A DNA stretch of 27,595 bases from a virus (Duplodnaviria; Caudoviricetes). The notes beneath the pieces were generated by a model. The model was not told the origin of the DNA, did no database searches, and saw only the letters and a program-made list of their open reading frames with translations. Numbering within the stretch: position 1 is the stretch's first letter; each line of letters begins with the position of its first letter. The translations under genes and the position numbers were made by a program. The stretch covers positions 1-27,595 of IMG/VR virus record IMGVR_UViG_3300017707_001118, one strand, 5' to 3'. Positions 7,249 to 15,354 of the stretch are shown piece after piece.

Positions 7249-8073
7249 CTAACCCTCCAAGGCAAAAACATGCTTGTCGTACCAACGCGGCAGCGACAGA
7301 TTTACAACACCACTTGACCAATTCGCGATCCACTCATCCGTCGCCAGACGCGACTTGTATTCCGTGAGCAATTGCTCGATCTCATCAAATCCAATCGCAA
7401 TGGATTGATCATCGAGTTCGTACACCGCCGACTCATACGGTGCCGACGTATTGACGACGAAGAAGAAAAACCGGAAGTCGTCGCCGTACTTTTCGCGGCA
7501 TGCCAGCTTGTAGAACGCGGCCTGCCTCGCATAACCAAACGCACCGACGCTTTTGCAAAAGGCACCAGGCGAAGCGTCTTTCGTAGTCTTGATGTCAATA
7601 ATGATCTGCGACTCTGGCAGCACCATATCTGGCTTGCACTTGCACGGCACCTCGAGCCAGTCGAACATGATCGGCACCTCGATCACCGCATCTCTCGGCA
7701 GTTCGTTGATGTAGTAGCGTCCGATGTCATGATTGCTCAGCGACTCCACGCACTCGCACGCCTGCTGGTACAGATCGCCATCGACAAGCTGCTTGCCATT
7801 GGCCTCAGCCTGGAACTCAGCCCACGCAATCTTTCCTTCCGTCGTGCGACGATCGCACTTTGGAACCACCGCGTAACGTGAACTAAACGTGTCCGGCTCC
7901 AACGCCAGCGAGTGCACCAACTCACCCAGTGCCATTGATGACGACTGTTCGTTAACAATCGTTTGCGTTACGAAAGTCTGCAAAAACTCTTGTGGACTCC
8001 GCTTCAGCACCGAAAGCATCGAGTTGCTGATTCTTGCCGTGTTGGCGTGATACCTATCGTTTTCGATCCCCAT
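7249..8073 (-). CDS. RecE/exonuclease VIII-like PD-(D/E)XK nuclease (DUF3799-like)
   Basis: YHA...ISNS.L, G..VH...LEP, D.RT..GK, E......CKCKPD......IIDIKTT, Y..QAAFY. Start 8073 (GGGAGGG). Confidence 0.88.
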   Translation of the reverse strand: MGIENDRYHANTARISNSMLSVLKRSPQEFLQTFVTQTIVNEQSSSMALGELVHSLALEPDTFSSRYAVVPKCDRRTTEGKIAWAEFQAEANGKQLVDGDLYQQACECVESLSNHDIGRYYINELPRDAVIEVPIMFDWLEVPCKCKPDMVLPESQIIIDIKTTKDASPGAFCKSVGAFGYARQAAFYKLACREKYGDDFRFFFFVVNTSAPYESAVYELDDQSIAIGFDEIEQLLTEYKSRLATDEWIANWSSGVVNLSLPRWYDKHVFALEG

Positions 8074-8488
8074 TGTTCCCTCCCATCCCAAACAAAAACC
8101 GTACAAACTCACAAAGCACTTGCCAACGATTCTCACGATCGCGGCGATTCATTGCAGCAGCGATCGCGTAGATACGCTCCGGATGAAGTCGAAACGCTTG
8201 CGTCTCAGTCACCAGCCAGTAGACCTGGTCGCACGTTTCGTGATTCCAAATCCAATACAGGCCGCACCGCATCCACGCTGGCCTGACGTTGAGCAGATTC
8301 AGCTTCAGGAACTCCGCCTCGATCCAATAAAAGTCGATGTGATCAAGATTGATCGAGCCTTTGCCACCGCAGTAGCAACAATCGTCGGCCAACTGCCCGC
8401 GACGCTCGCACCATTCACAATCGATCACCTCGATCACGTCATCGATAAAGCGTTCGATGCAGCGATCAATTGCAGCTTCAGTTGCCAT
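8054..8488 (-). CDS. Hypothetical protein with DnaJ-type CxxCxxxG/CxxCxGxG zinc finger
   Basis: CEWCERRG...CCYCGGKG. Start MATEAA (8488) with AAAGGA upstream. Confidence 0.6.
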   Translation of the reverse strand: MATEAAIDRCIERFIDDVIEVIDCEWCERRGQLADDCCYCGGKGSINLDHIDFYWIEAEFLKLNLLNVRPAWMRCGLYWIWNHETCDQVYWLVTETQAFRLHPERIYAIAAAMNRRDRENRWQVLCEFVRFLFGMGGNNGDRKR

Positions 8489-8663
8489 GATCGGAGTCCT
8501 TTCCGTTTTTAATGGCTGCGTAGACTTCCTCTCTATGGATAGGAACATCTTTGGGAGCGGTGATGCCAAGCCTTAGCTTGCCGCTAGAAGAAGTGACAAC
8601 TTGAATGATGATGTCGTCGCCAATGCGAATCGATTCACCAACGTCCCGTGCAAGTACCAGCAT
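8478..8663 (-). CDS. csrA: Carbon storage regulator CsrA/RsmA homolog
   Basis: MLVLAR.VGESI.IGDDI.I.VV......RLGI.APKDVPIHREEVY matches CsrA across its length, including the RNA-binding Arg in HREE. AAAGGA upstream. Confidence 0.95.
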   Translation of the reverse strand: MLVLARDVGESIRIGDDIIIQVVTSSSGKLRLGITAPKDVPIHREEVYAAIKNGKDSDHGN

Positions 8664-8789
8664 GGGTAATTCCTTTCGGTGCGTCCATTGCCAAAAACTA
8701 GGCAGGCACCATTGAGAGTTGATTGTTAACCGTGTGACGCTTGCGGTTCAGTGCTCGCGTTCACACGTCCTGACGTTCAGGTGTGCAAG

Positions 8790-8818
8790 AGATTATCGAC
8801 CTGCAAAATGCTTTGCAA
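8790..8818 (-). promoter_or_regulatory. sigma70-like promoter for the csrA/early operon
   Basis: Minus strand TTGCAA (8818-8813), 17-nt spacer, TAATCT (8795-8790), in an intergenic gap. Confidence 0.6.
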
Positions 8819-8823
8819 TAGGG

Positions 8824-9024
8824 CTAATCGTCTTTTTTCCCAAAATTTGGATTGCCACTACCTCGCTTCCAGGTCGATTCGATCTTCTTAACCTGCTTTT
8901 CCGTTAGTAAAAGTGAGTTTCCATACTTCAGTTGGAACCCCAAAACTTTTGCCCAACGGGAAACCGTTGCAGTCGAACAACCTATCTTTTTCGCCGCTTG
9001 TGTTGCTGTAACCATGCCTTTCAT
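8824..9024 (-). CDS. Small HTH DNA-binding protein (repressor/Cro/excisionase-like)
   Basis: TATQAAKKIGCSTATVSRWAK is a classic HTH. Start is 9024 (AAGGAG upstream) or 9015 (leaderless). Confidence 0.8.
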   Translation of the reverse strand: MKGMVTATQAAKKIGCSTATVSRWAKVLGFQLKYGNSLLLTEKQVKKIESTWKRGSGNPNFGKKDD

Positions 9025-9051
9025 AGTATCTCCTTGCAATCTGCTTTGCAA
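9023..9051 (-). promoter_or_regulatory. sigma70-like promoter, possibly giving a leaderless HTH mRNA
   Basis: Minus strand TTGCAA (9051-9046), 17-nt spacer, TACTAT (9028-9023), 7 nt, ATG (9015). Confidence 0.55.
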
Positions 9052-9103
9052 TTGACTAGTGTAAAAAACACAGGCAAAGCCGCCAGATCGAAAAGGAAGA
9101 ACA

Positions 9104-9367
9104 TCAATGATCGCGGGTGATTCTGTACCCTAAACGGAACAGCACCCTGGCTAGATCCTCGCTGGTTTCGGTGATCGCTTGTTCGTCGAGATCCCAGTGG
9201 CAGGCGTGGAGCATCTCGTGGATGAGCACCTCTAGCTCTCGCTCGCCGGTTAGCGAGGGTCGGACGGTGATCGTGCGGGTGTTGGCGTCGCAGAGGCCGT
9301 CTAGCTTGCTGTCTAGCTTGCCTCGGACAATCGACCAGTATCGGCCTCGAAGTCTGCAACGCATCAT
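9104..9367 (-). CDS. Small HExxH zinc metallopeptidase-like protein (ImmA/IrrE/SprT-like)
   Basis: G.CD....TI.V...L......EVLIHEMLHA.....DE. Start 9367 overlaps the upstream stop (ATGA). Confidence 0.75.
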   Translation of the reverse strand: MMRCRLRGRYWSIVRGKLDSKLDGLCDANTRTITVRPSLTGERELEVLIHEMLHACHWDLDEQAITETSEDLARVLFRLGYRITRDH

Positions 9368-10380
9368 GCACCTCGAATTTCGCCATGCTTGGTGATCCGC
9401 ATGTTTCGCACGCTGAAGCTGCCGTCGGTCGCGACATCCACCCAGCAGAATCCGTGGTTCCAACGATTTACGCGAGCATATTCAGGGGTGAGATCGCAGA
9501 GACAACCAGTGCTCCAGACAAATGTTTCCGAATGAAACATATCGGTGTCCGCGTGGCCGCTGGTCTGGTGGGAGTGTCCAACGAGGACGGTGTGATGTGT
9601 TCGGAGAAATGCACCTCTGGCAGGATTAACAGGGCTGAAGATCGAGCGGCCCAGCTCGTGGCCGTGAAGGACTGGTAGCTTTCCGAGCATGATCGGACGC
9701 TGATCGCCGATCACCTCGATGCCGAATTGCTTGGCCTTGACCAGTTCATCGATGCGAACGTTCGCGAGGTCGTAAATCTCGGGTGCTCGATTCCAGATAA
9801 AATGGTCCCAGCGTTCTTCGTGATTGCCAAGTTTGAATACGATGCGTGCCTTCGGGAACTCATGGCGAATCCATTCGAGGCCTCCGATCACTAGCTTTAG
9901 TTCCTCCGAGAATCGTCGATGGTGCGGATCTCGCTGATGCCTGCTGACTTGGTAGAAGTCGGCGAAGTCGCCATTGATGAGCAAGCAGTCTGGTGATTGC
10001 TTTTTGAGTTCCTTCACGGCAGCGGAGAACGCTGTTTCGTCGTGGTATGGGATATGAACGTCTGAGATGATGCCGACTCGTTTGGCGTCGATTTCGAATG
10101 GTTCCCACGCGGTTGACAGGCTTGGCGGCATTTTGGGAACTTGACCGGCAACGCCCTTTGGCCGTGGTTGGGTAGCGAATTTCTTTTTCGCTGTGCCGTG
10201 TGCACCTCGGATGGATCGGATGGTACTCCGAGCGGTCTCCACGCTGCGGAAGCTGTTGGGTCGTTCGGCCTTTGCTCGTTTTGCTAGGCCGAGATTGGAT
10301 GCGTCTGGAAACTTGCGGCAGAGTTCCTCCAGGTAGAGGCGAGCTGAGGTTTGAGGGGGTCCAGGTCGTTTTTTCGTCAT
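9364..10380 (-). CDS. Calcineurin-like metallophosphoesterase with basic N-terminal domain
   Basis: All five motifs present: SDVH, GDFAD, GNHE, HGH, GHSH. Confidence 0.9.
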   Translation of the reverse strand: MTKKRPGPPQTSARLYLEELCRKFPDASNLGLAKRAKAERPNSFRSVETARSTIRSIRGAHGTAKKKFATQPRPKGVAGQVPKMPPSLSTAWEPFEIDAKRVGIISDVHIPYHDETAFSAAVKELKKQSPDCLLINGDFADFYQVSRHQRDPHHRRFSEELKLVIGGLEWIRHEFPKARIVFKLGNHEERWDHFIWNRAPEIYDLANVRIDELVKAKQFGIEVIGDQRPIMLGKLPVLHGHELGRSIFSPVNPARGAFLRTHHTVLVGHSHQTSGHADTDMFHSETFVWSTGCLCDLTPEYARVNRWNHGFCWVDVATDGSFSVRNMRITKHGEIRGA

Positions 10381-10395
10381 CTCAATCCATCCGTG

Positions 10396-11712
10396 TTAGG
10401 TGTCGATTGACAAATACCGTCTCCAGCGATCCGCCATAGCGTCCGCTGTGTACTCGCTAAGATCGATGCTGGATGCTGTGGCGGTTTCTATAGCGTGTGC
10501 TATAGCCGACGCGTCCGCATCAACATCAAGGATCGATGGACCGAAGTCTCCGTGACGCTCAGCAAGATCGTGCATGATTCCTAGATTGGTCGAGACTACT
10601 GGCAGGCCAAAGTGCATCGCTTCGACGACCGATAGCCCGAATCCCTCGCTGGATGGAACCGTCGCGAAGACATCGATGGCATTGAGGAAGTCGCCGATCT
10701 GCTGGATGGGTTCCAGCATGCGGACTCGATGACTGATTCCAAGATCGTCGGCAATCTGCCGCACTCGCTCCGCATGCTTGGTGAGCCAACCGCAAAGGAC
10801 GAGATACGCTCCGTCCATCTTCGCCACAGCCTGAACCAGCAGCTCGCAGCGTTTCTCGGCAGCAATTCGACCTGTGTAGCCGACGACAAAAGCGTCCTGG
10901 GGAATCTCGCAACGTAGACGCATCTCCTCGCGGGTGATCGTGGGAACAAGTCGCTCGGTTTCGATTCCGTTTTCGATGGTTTCGCATGGTCGGCCTGTCC
11001 ATCGAGTGACGTGCTCCGAGACAACCTTGGAAACACCCACTAGACGCCGGCAGACGCCGTGAGAACTCATGACCCAGTCGCGTGTCCAGTCGCAGTATCC
11101 GTGAGCCAGCAGGATCAAATCGGAGTCTAGGATCGGTGCTGCTTTTGGAACGCAGCTCATGACAATCGGGACGCCATGCTTTGCTGCATCGAGTAATCGG
11201 ACGCGAGGGGACATCCCAAGCAGCGTCTCGGCAACAGTTTCGTCGGCAATGTTGCCGTGTACAACGGTCCCGAATGATCGCAAACGGCGAGCCATCGAAA
11301 TCGACCAGCATTCAAGCCCACCAAAATGGATCGGTTGCCAGAATGCGATCTCGGATCGCCAGAGACGAAGTGCCTCGTCGACGGTGATCTGCGGGTATCG
11401 CTTTCGCTCATTGTCAAGCTTTGCGTTGACTTCGTTATGGACATCGATGGTCCATCTGAAGAAGTCGTCGGGAGTCTCGAAGCGTGGCGGCGTTCGCTCC
11501 TTGATCTGACGATAGCCTTCCTCGCACTTGCAATAACGAGGAATTGTGCGTTCCCATTTCTCAAGCCATTCGGGATCGTTTCCGCGGTAGCGATGGAGGT
11601 GGAACCAAGGATTCTGAGCGAACCAGGCGAACGCTCGATTCTGCTGTTGCACGATCGGTTTTGGTTCCGAGGATCGTGTCTCTGGGCTCTCAAAGTGTAC
11701 GCCAACTCGCAT
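10396..11712 (-). CDS. Fusion: Erv1/ALR-like sulfhydryl oxidase domain (aa ~36-118) plus GT-B/GT4 glycosyltransferase
   Basis: N-terminal: W36-FHL-H40, IPRY-C61-K-C63-EEGY, FFRWTIDV-HNEVN-AKL, EALRLW. C-terminal: GGLE, ENGI, YTGRIAAEK, EGFGLSVVEAM (E-x7-E), GLPVVST. Confidence 0.8.
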   Translation of the reverse strand: MRVGVHFESPETRSSEPKPIVQQQNRAFAWFAQNPWFHLHRYRGNDPEWLEKWERTIPRYCKCEEGYRQIKERTPPRFETPDDFFRWTIDVHNEVNAKLDNERKRYPQITVDEALRLWRSEIAFWQPIHFGGLECWSISMARRLRSFGTVVHGNIADETVAETLLGMSPRVRLLDAAKHGVPIVMSCVPKAAPILDSDLILLAHGYCDWTRDWVMSSHGVCRRLVGVSKVVSEHVTRWTGRPCETIENGIETERLVPTITREEMRLRCEIPQDAFVVGYTGRIAAEKRCELLVQAVAKMDGAYLVLCGWLTKHAERVRQIADDLGISHRVRMLEPIQQIGDFLNAIDVFATVPSSEGFGLSVVEAMHFGLPVVSTNLGIMHDLAERHGDFGPSILDVDADASAIAHAIETATASSIDLSEYTADAMADRWRRYLSIDT

Positions 11713-11721
11713 GGCAGCCTG

Positions 11722-13131
11722 TTAGGTGTTGAGGGTGACGACGACCGTTGGGAATGGTATGCAAACCTCGTCGGTCGGCTCAATCTGCTTGGTGAAATTG
11801 ACAGAGAACGTGTAGCTGTCGACAGTCGCAACCTTCATTTGATAGACAGGTACGATGGGATCGGCACCGGAGAAGTAGCAGTCGATGCAGTCCCAGTAGT
11901 TGCACGCGTTCTGCTCTGCTAATGGAGGTCCGGGGTAGATCGGGTTGTCGCACGACTCGCAATCCTGAGTCCATCGGCCTGGTGCGTAGTTCTCCCAAAA
12001 GAGATTGTGGCAAGCCGTCGTTTTGATGAGAAACGGATTGTTGACGACGTTGAACGTTTCCATGATTCCGTCCTCGGTAAATCGAGACTCGGAGTGAGTG
12101 CGATCGGTTTCGCGTGGTTCACATGAGCATGGGTATCCGCCGCTGAACTTGGCACAGACATCGCACTCAATGCCTATGTTGAAGCAGAACTGGCAATTGT
12201 AGAGATAACCGATGCTTCGAATCGTTCCGCCAGTCACCGGATCGAGGCTCGCTCCGATTGGATAGAAACACAGTGAGTCGACGCCCTCGATGCATGTCTC
12301 GAAGTTGCATTCGTTGACGTCTGCATCGGTAAAGGTGATCGTTGCTGGAATGTCCTCGGGTGCATCGTAAACGCGATAACGCAACAGCCAGTACGTTACC
12401 TCTGCTCCAAACTCGACATCGTCTGGACAATTGAATGGCGAGTCGTGGTAAGGCTTTGTCGATGTGCATTCTTCTCCTGGAATCGGAACTGGCGGGAATC
12501 CACTGTTGAAATCGTAGCCCTGGATATTTTCCTCACAGCATGACGATTTGCCGCTCATCGATGCGGTTCTTGTGGTCGACTGCCAAGAGCCAGCACCGTG
12601 AGCAGCTCGGACCTCGACAGCACATTCGACAACGTACTTGCACTCGATGGTCCCACCATACTCGCAAGTCATGTTGCCCTTGTAGATCGATACCTTCGTT
12701 TCGCCATAGGCCCAGCGAACCGCAATCCATCGCTGAGTCTTTAGCTCAACGGCACGTTCCACCGTTCCGCAGTTGTAGACGTCGTCGCAAAAGCTGGCTG
12801 CACTTGCGTCTGGCTCGTCGTAAAAGAATGTGCAAAACACGTCGTTTTGCTGGTAGGTTCCAGGCGGATCCAGCACGTACTTTTTTGACTTGATCATCTT
12901 CGACGAAACTTGGATCGTTTCGTTGATGGTCCGATCGACGACTAGAAGCGTGTCGCACGTGTAATAGATGGTGTCGTCGGTCGCTGTTGCTGTGTGGCAG
13001 CATCCATTCGAAACAAACGAAACGGTGTCCGTTTCCGATTCCCTGAGGATAGTGACGCTGGTAGCGATCTCGGCGAGTTCGGCGGCATCCATGCAGCACG
13101 GTGAGCAGTTGCACGAACCGAAGCATCCCAT
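11722..13131 (-). CDS. Cysteine-rich putative tail tip/receptor-binding protein (469 aa, 34 Cys)
   Basis: Likely true start MGCFGSCNCSPCC at 13131 (TAATG overlap). Last gene of the tail block. Acidic and Thr-rich, about 7% Cys by hand count. Confidence 0.6.
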   Translation of the reverse strand: MGCFGSCNCSPCCMDAAELAEIATSVTILRESETDTVSFVSNGCCHTATATDDTIYYTCDTLLVVDRTINETIQVSSKMIKSKKYVLDPPGTYQQNDVFCTFFYDEPDASAASFCDDVYNCGTVERAVELKTQRWIAVRWAYGETKVSIYKGNMTCEYGGTIECKYVVECAVEVRAAHGAGSWQSTTRTASMSGKSSCCEENIQGYDFNSGFPPVPIPGEECTSTKPYHDSPFNCPDDVEFGAEVTYWLLRYRVYDAPEDIPATITFTDADVNECNFETCIEGVDSLCFYPIGASLDPVTGGTIRSIGYLYNCQFCFNIGIECDVCAKFSGGYPCSCEPRETDRTHSESRFTEDGIMETFNVVNNPFLIKTTACHNLFWENYAPGRWTQDCESCDNPIYPGPPLAEQNACNYWDCIDCYFSGADPIVPVYQMKVATVDSYTFSVNFTKQIEPTDEVCIPFPTVVVTLNT

Positions 13132-13817
13132 TAGCAGATCTCCACAGCAACCCACTTGGCATCGACTGGGAATATTAACACGATCGCATTTGCGGTGATC
13201 GGTGTCGATGTCGGTGCCCATGCGGTGTAGGTAATGGTTCCTGGACTCCAGTTGCCGGAGCTGGGGAGCCTGGCCGTAACTGTTCCGCTGCTGTTGCCGG
13301 CAATCCCAAGCGATCCTGCGGTTGCCAGTAGTGGCGTTTCGCATGCGATCACCTTGAGGATGTCGGTTCCGATGTCATCGTAGGCAATCGCGGTGAAGGA
13401 GCTTCCCTTGGTAAGCTCAAAGGAGTCTACCGCAGGTCCAAGCCTGGTTCCGCATGCGTAGGATGTTCCGTCCGTGAGTGCTCGGAAGATCGGACCAGAT
13501 TGAGCAACGCCTAGATCACCGGCCTCAACCTCGTAAGGACCATTCAAGAGAAACGGTGCCATTACGGAGTTGGTGTAATCAAAGGGTCTGGCAATCTGCA
13601 AGTAGTTCTGGCTTCCGATTTCCTGGACGCCGTTGACCTGGATGCATCCGTAGGGAGGAACTGTATGGCTTGAAAGATTGATGAAGTAGATCGGTGGAGC
13701 GATCGCCGGTCGCATGTCGGTACTAGCGACATCGATCCCACGCTCAAAAGCGAGCGTGGCCTGCCATATTCGGCGAGCACGTTCGGGAGTAAACGCTCCG
13801 ATCTCAACGTCTGGCAT
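13131..13817 (-). CDS. Putative tail tip/virion protein
   Basis: Position downstream of the tape measure. Beta/Gly/Thr-rich, ends in ...WVAVEIC. Confidence 0.55.
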   Translation of the reverse strand: MPDVEIGAFTPERARRIWQATLAFERGIDVASTDMRPAIAPPIYFINLSSHTVPPYGCIQVNGVQEIGSQNYLQIARPFDYTNSVMAPFLLNGPYEVEAGDLGVAQSGPIFRALTDGTSYACGTRLGPAVDSFELTKGSSFTAIAYDDIGTDILKVIACETPLLATAGSLGIAGNSSGTVTARLPSSGNWSPGTITYTAWAPTSTPITANAIVLIFPVDAKWVAVEIC

Positions 13818-13820
13818 CGA

Positions 13821-14447
13821 TTAGCCTCGTGTGTCGCAAAGAAGAGAAACTTTGTAGACCGCGGGAGTAACCGCGGTTCCAGTCGCTGCGTCGTTGCAAG
13901 CGATTGACATCCGGCATTCCAGCAGTTTTCCAGCAAGACTAGAGCCTGTGACGGTGAAGTCGTAATTGGATGCGGTCAGCGAGTTCATGCTGGTCGCCGA
14001 TGTGGTAACAAGATCGGAACCAGGCGATCCGGACGAGCCAGCATATGCCTCGAAGTCGATGGTGCATGTGGTGTCGGCAACGGTTGTCTCCATCTTTGCA
14101 TTGGCTCGGATTTGGATCGTTTGCCCGTTTTCAAAGTTGGGAGGAACGGGGATCGAGAAGTAGATCCGTCGCGTGGTTGCTCCAACGGCCTTGAGATCGC
14201 CAGCGGTGATCCGGACAGGATTGGTGCCCCAGGTGCCAGTGACCAAGCCGAGATCGTCGCTGGCCGCTGCGGAGACGGGATTGGATGCGACAGCGTCCCA
14301 GACTCGAAACGCATGCACCGGAACAACGTACTCGGCGAGGACTCGCTGAGCCATCTTCGTTGGGTCGATGTTCGCGTTCGCTGCGATGTCGACGTCGTTG
14401 ATCGAGGAATCGGGGAGGAGTATGGTGACGTTTGCAATGGTTGCCAT
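13821..14447 (-). CDS. Putative virion protein (beta-sandwich-like)
   Basis: Thr/Ser/Ala-rich, located in the tail block. No family recognised. Confidence 0.55.
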   Translation of the reverse strand: MATIANVTILLPDSSINDVDIAANANIDPTKMAQRVLAEYVVPVHAFRVWDAVASNPVSAAASDDLGLVTGTWGTNPVRITAGDLKAVGATTRRIYFSIPVPPNFENGQTIQIRANAKMETTVADTTCTIDFEAYAGSSGSPGSDLVTTSATSMNSLTASNYDFTVTGSSLAGKLLECRMSIACNDAATGTAVTPAVYKVSLLCDTRG

Positions 14448-14448
14448 G

Positions 14449-15354
14449 TTAAAGTAGTCCTAATGCGTTGAAAGGGAGTGAATCGTAGAGCTTGAACTCA
14501 AGCCAGTTTGCGATCTGTTCTTCGCCCTCAGCGGGTACGGGAAGTCGATAACCGTCGGCAGCGAGAAGCACTTTGCGAGTCATCGGTTCCTTGTTGCCGT
14601 CGACAGCTCGAACAATGCGAGTTCCGGCACCTGGCCCGGACAGATCAATCTTTTCGTAGAAGCCTTCATGACGGACGCGAGCGTACCAAGCTTTCTCTGC
14701 GGTTGTTCGGTACGGGTAACGGAATCGAATCTGTGCAGTGATTTCCCAGTAGCCGCCAATTTCGCCAAAGACATTGGACGCAGAGAACTTCATGAGTTTT
14801 GCGGTTCCGGGAGGCCAGCCGAGAAACGTGTCTGAATTAACCGCTCGGCGGTAGCGTGCCTGGACATACGGCGAGAAACTAATCATGTTCCGTTTGATGC
14901 TGACCGTCTGATCTGGAATGAGTGCCTTGACTCCCTCGATCGGTTCACGGTTGACGGTCTGGATTGGCTTGCCGTCGAAGTCCTCGTCGATCTCTTCCTC
15001 GCTTTCGATGTCGTCCCAGTCGATGCGAGGCGGAGCCATAATTGGGTTGTTGGGCTCTTCTGGATCGGTGCCAGGTGCAATCTCGCCGTTGTAGTCGATC
15101 GTCATCATCCATAGGACGGGAGACACCCGTTCTAGAGATGCACCATCGGCGTAGACAAATGGAAAATCTTCGCTGAAGGACGAGCCGGCAGCGGGGATTC
15201 CGGTCGCTTGGTAAATGTCCCATTCGACAGCGTTGGGCGTGCTGGTGATCTGGTAGGCACGCTGAAGCTTGACCGTGAGCTTTCGGAAGTTGTCTTCCAG
15301 TCGCACGTCATGAGCGGGCTTAGACCACATTTCGGTGACTTCAAGGGCTGGCAT
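14449..15354 (-). CDS. Putative distal tail/hub protein
   Basis: Immediately follows the tape measure (TAATG overlap). Call is positional only. Confidence 0.5.
   Translation of the reverse strand: MPALEVTEMWSKPAHDVRLEDNFRKLTVKLQRAYQITSTPNAVEWDIYQATGIPAAGSSFSEDFPFVYADGASLERVSPVLWMMTIDYNGEIAPGTDPEEPNNPIMAPPRIDWDDIESEEEIDEDFDGKPIQTVNREPIEGVKALIPDQTVSIKRNMISFSPYVQARYRRAVNSDTFLGWPPGTAKLMKFSASNVFGEIGGYWEITAQIRFRYPYRTTAEKAWYARVRHEGFYEKIDLSGPGAGTRIVRAVDGNKEPMTRKVLLAADGYRLPVPAEGEEQIANWLEFKLYDSLPFNALGLL

Noticed and set aside
9062-9086. Possible intrinsic terminator after the HExxH gene (GGCGGCTTTGCC then TGTGTTTTTT on the minus strand)
   Set aside because: The stem is only 3-4 bp, too weak to call, although the position is plausible.
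13114-13131. MGCFGS matches the eukaryotic MGxxxS myristoylation/palmitoylation pattern, echoing NCLDV Erv substrates
   Set aside because: All other genes and the SD/sigma70 signals indicate a bacterial host, which would lack N-myristoyltransferase. Such a short pattern arises easily by chance.
13132-13344. ORF-track N-terminal extension of the Cys-rich protein (similar extensions at 5474-5638, 8489-8569, 9368-9463, 25102-25257)
   Set aside because: They overlap upstream genes. Downstream starts with SD sequences or stop/start coupling fit better.
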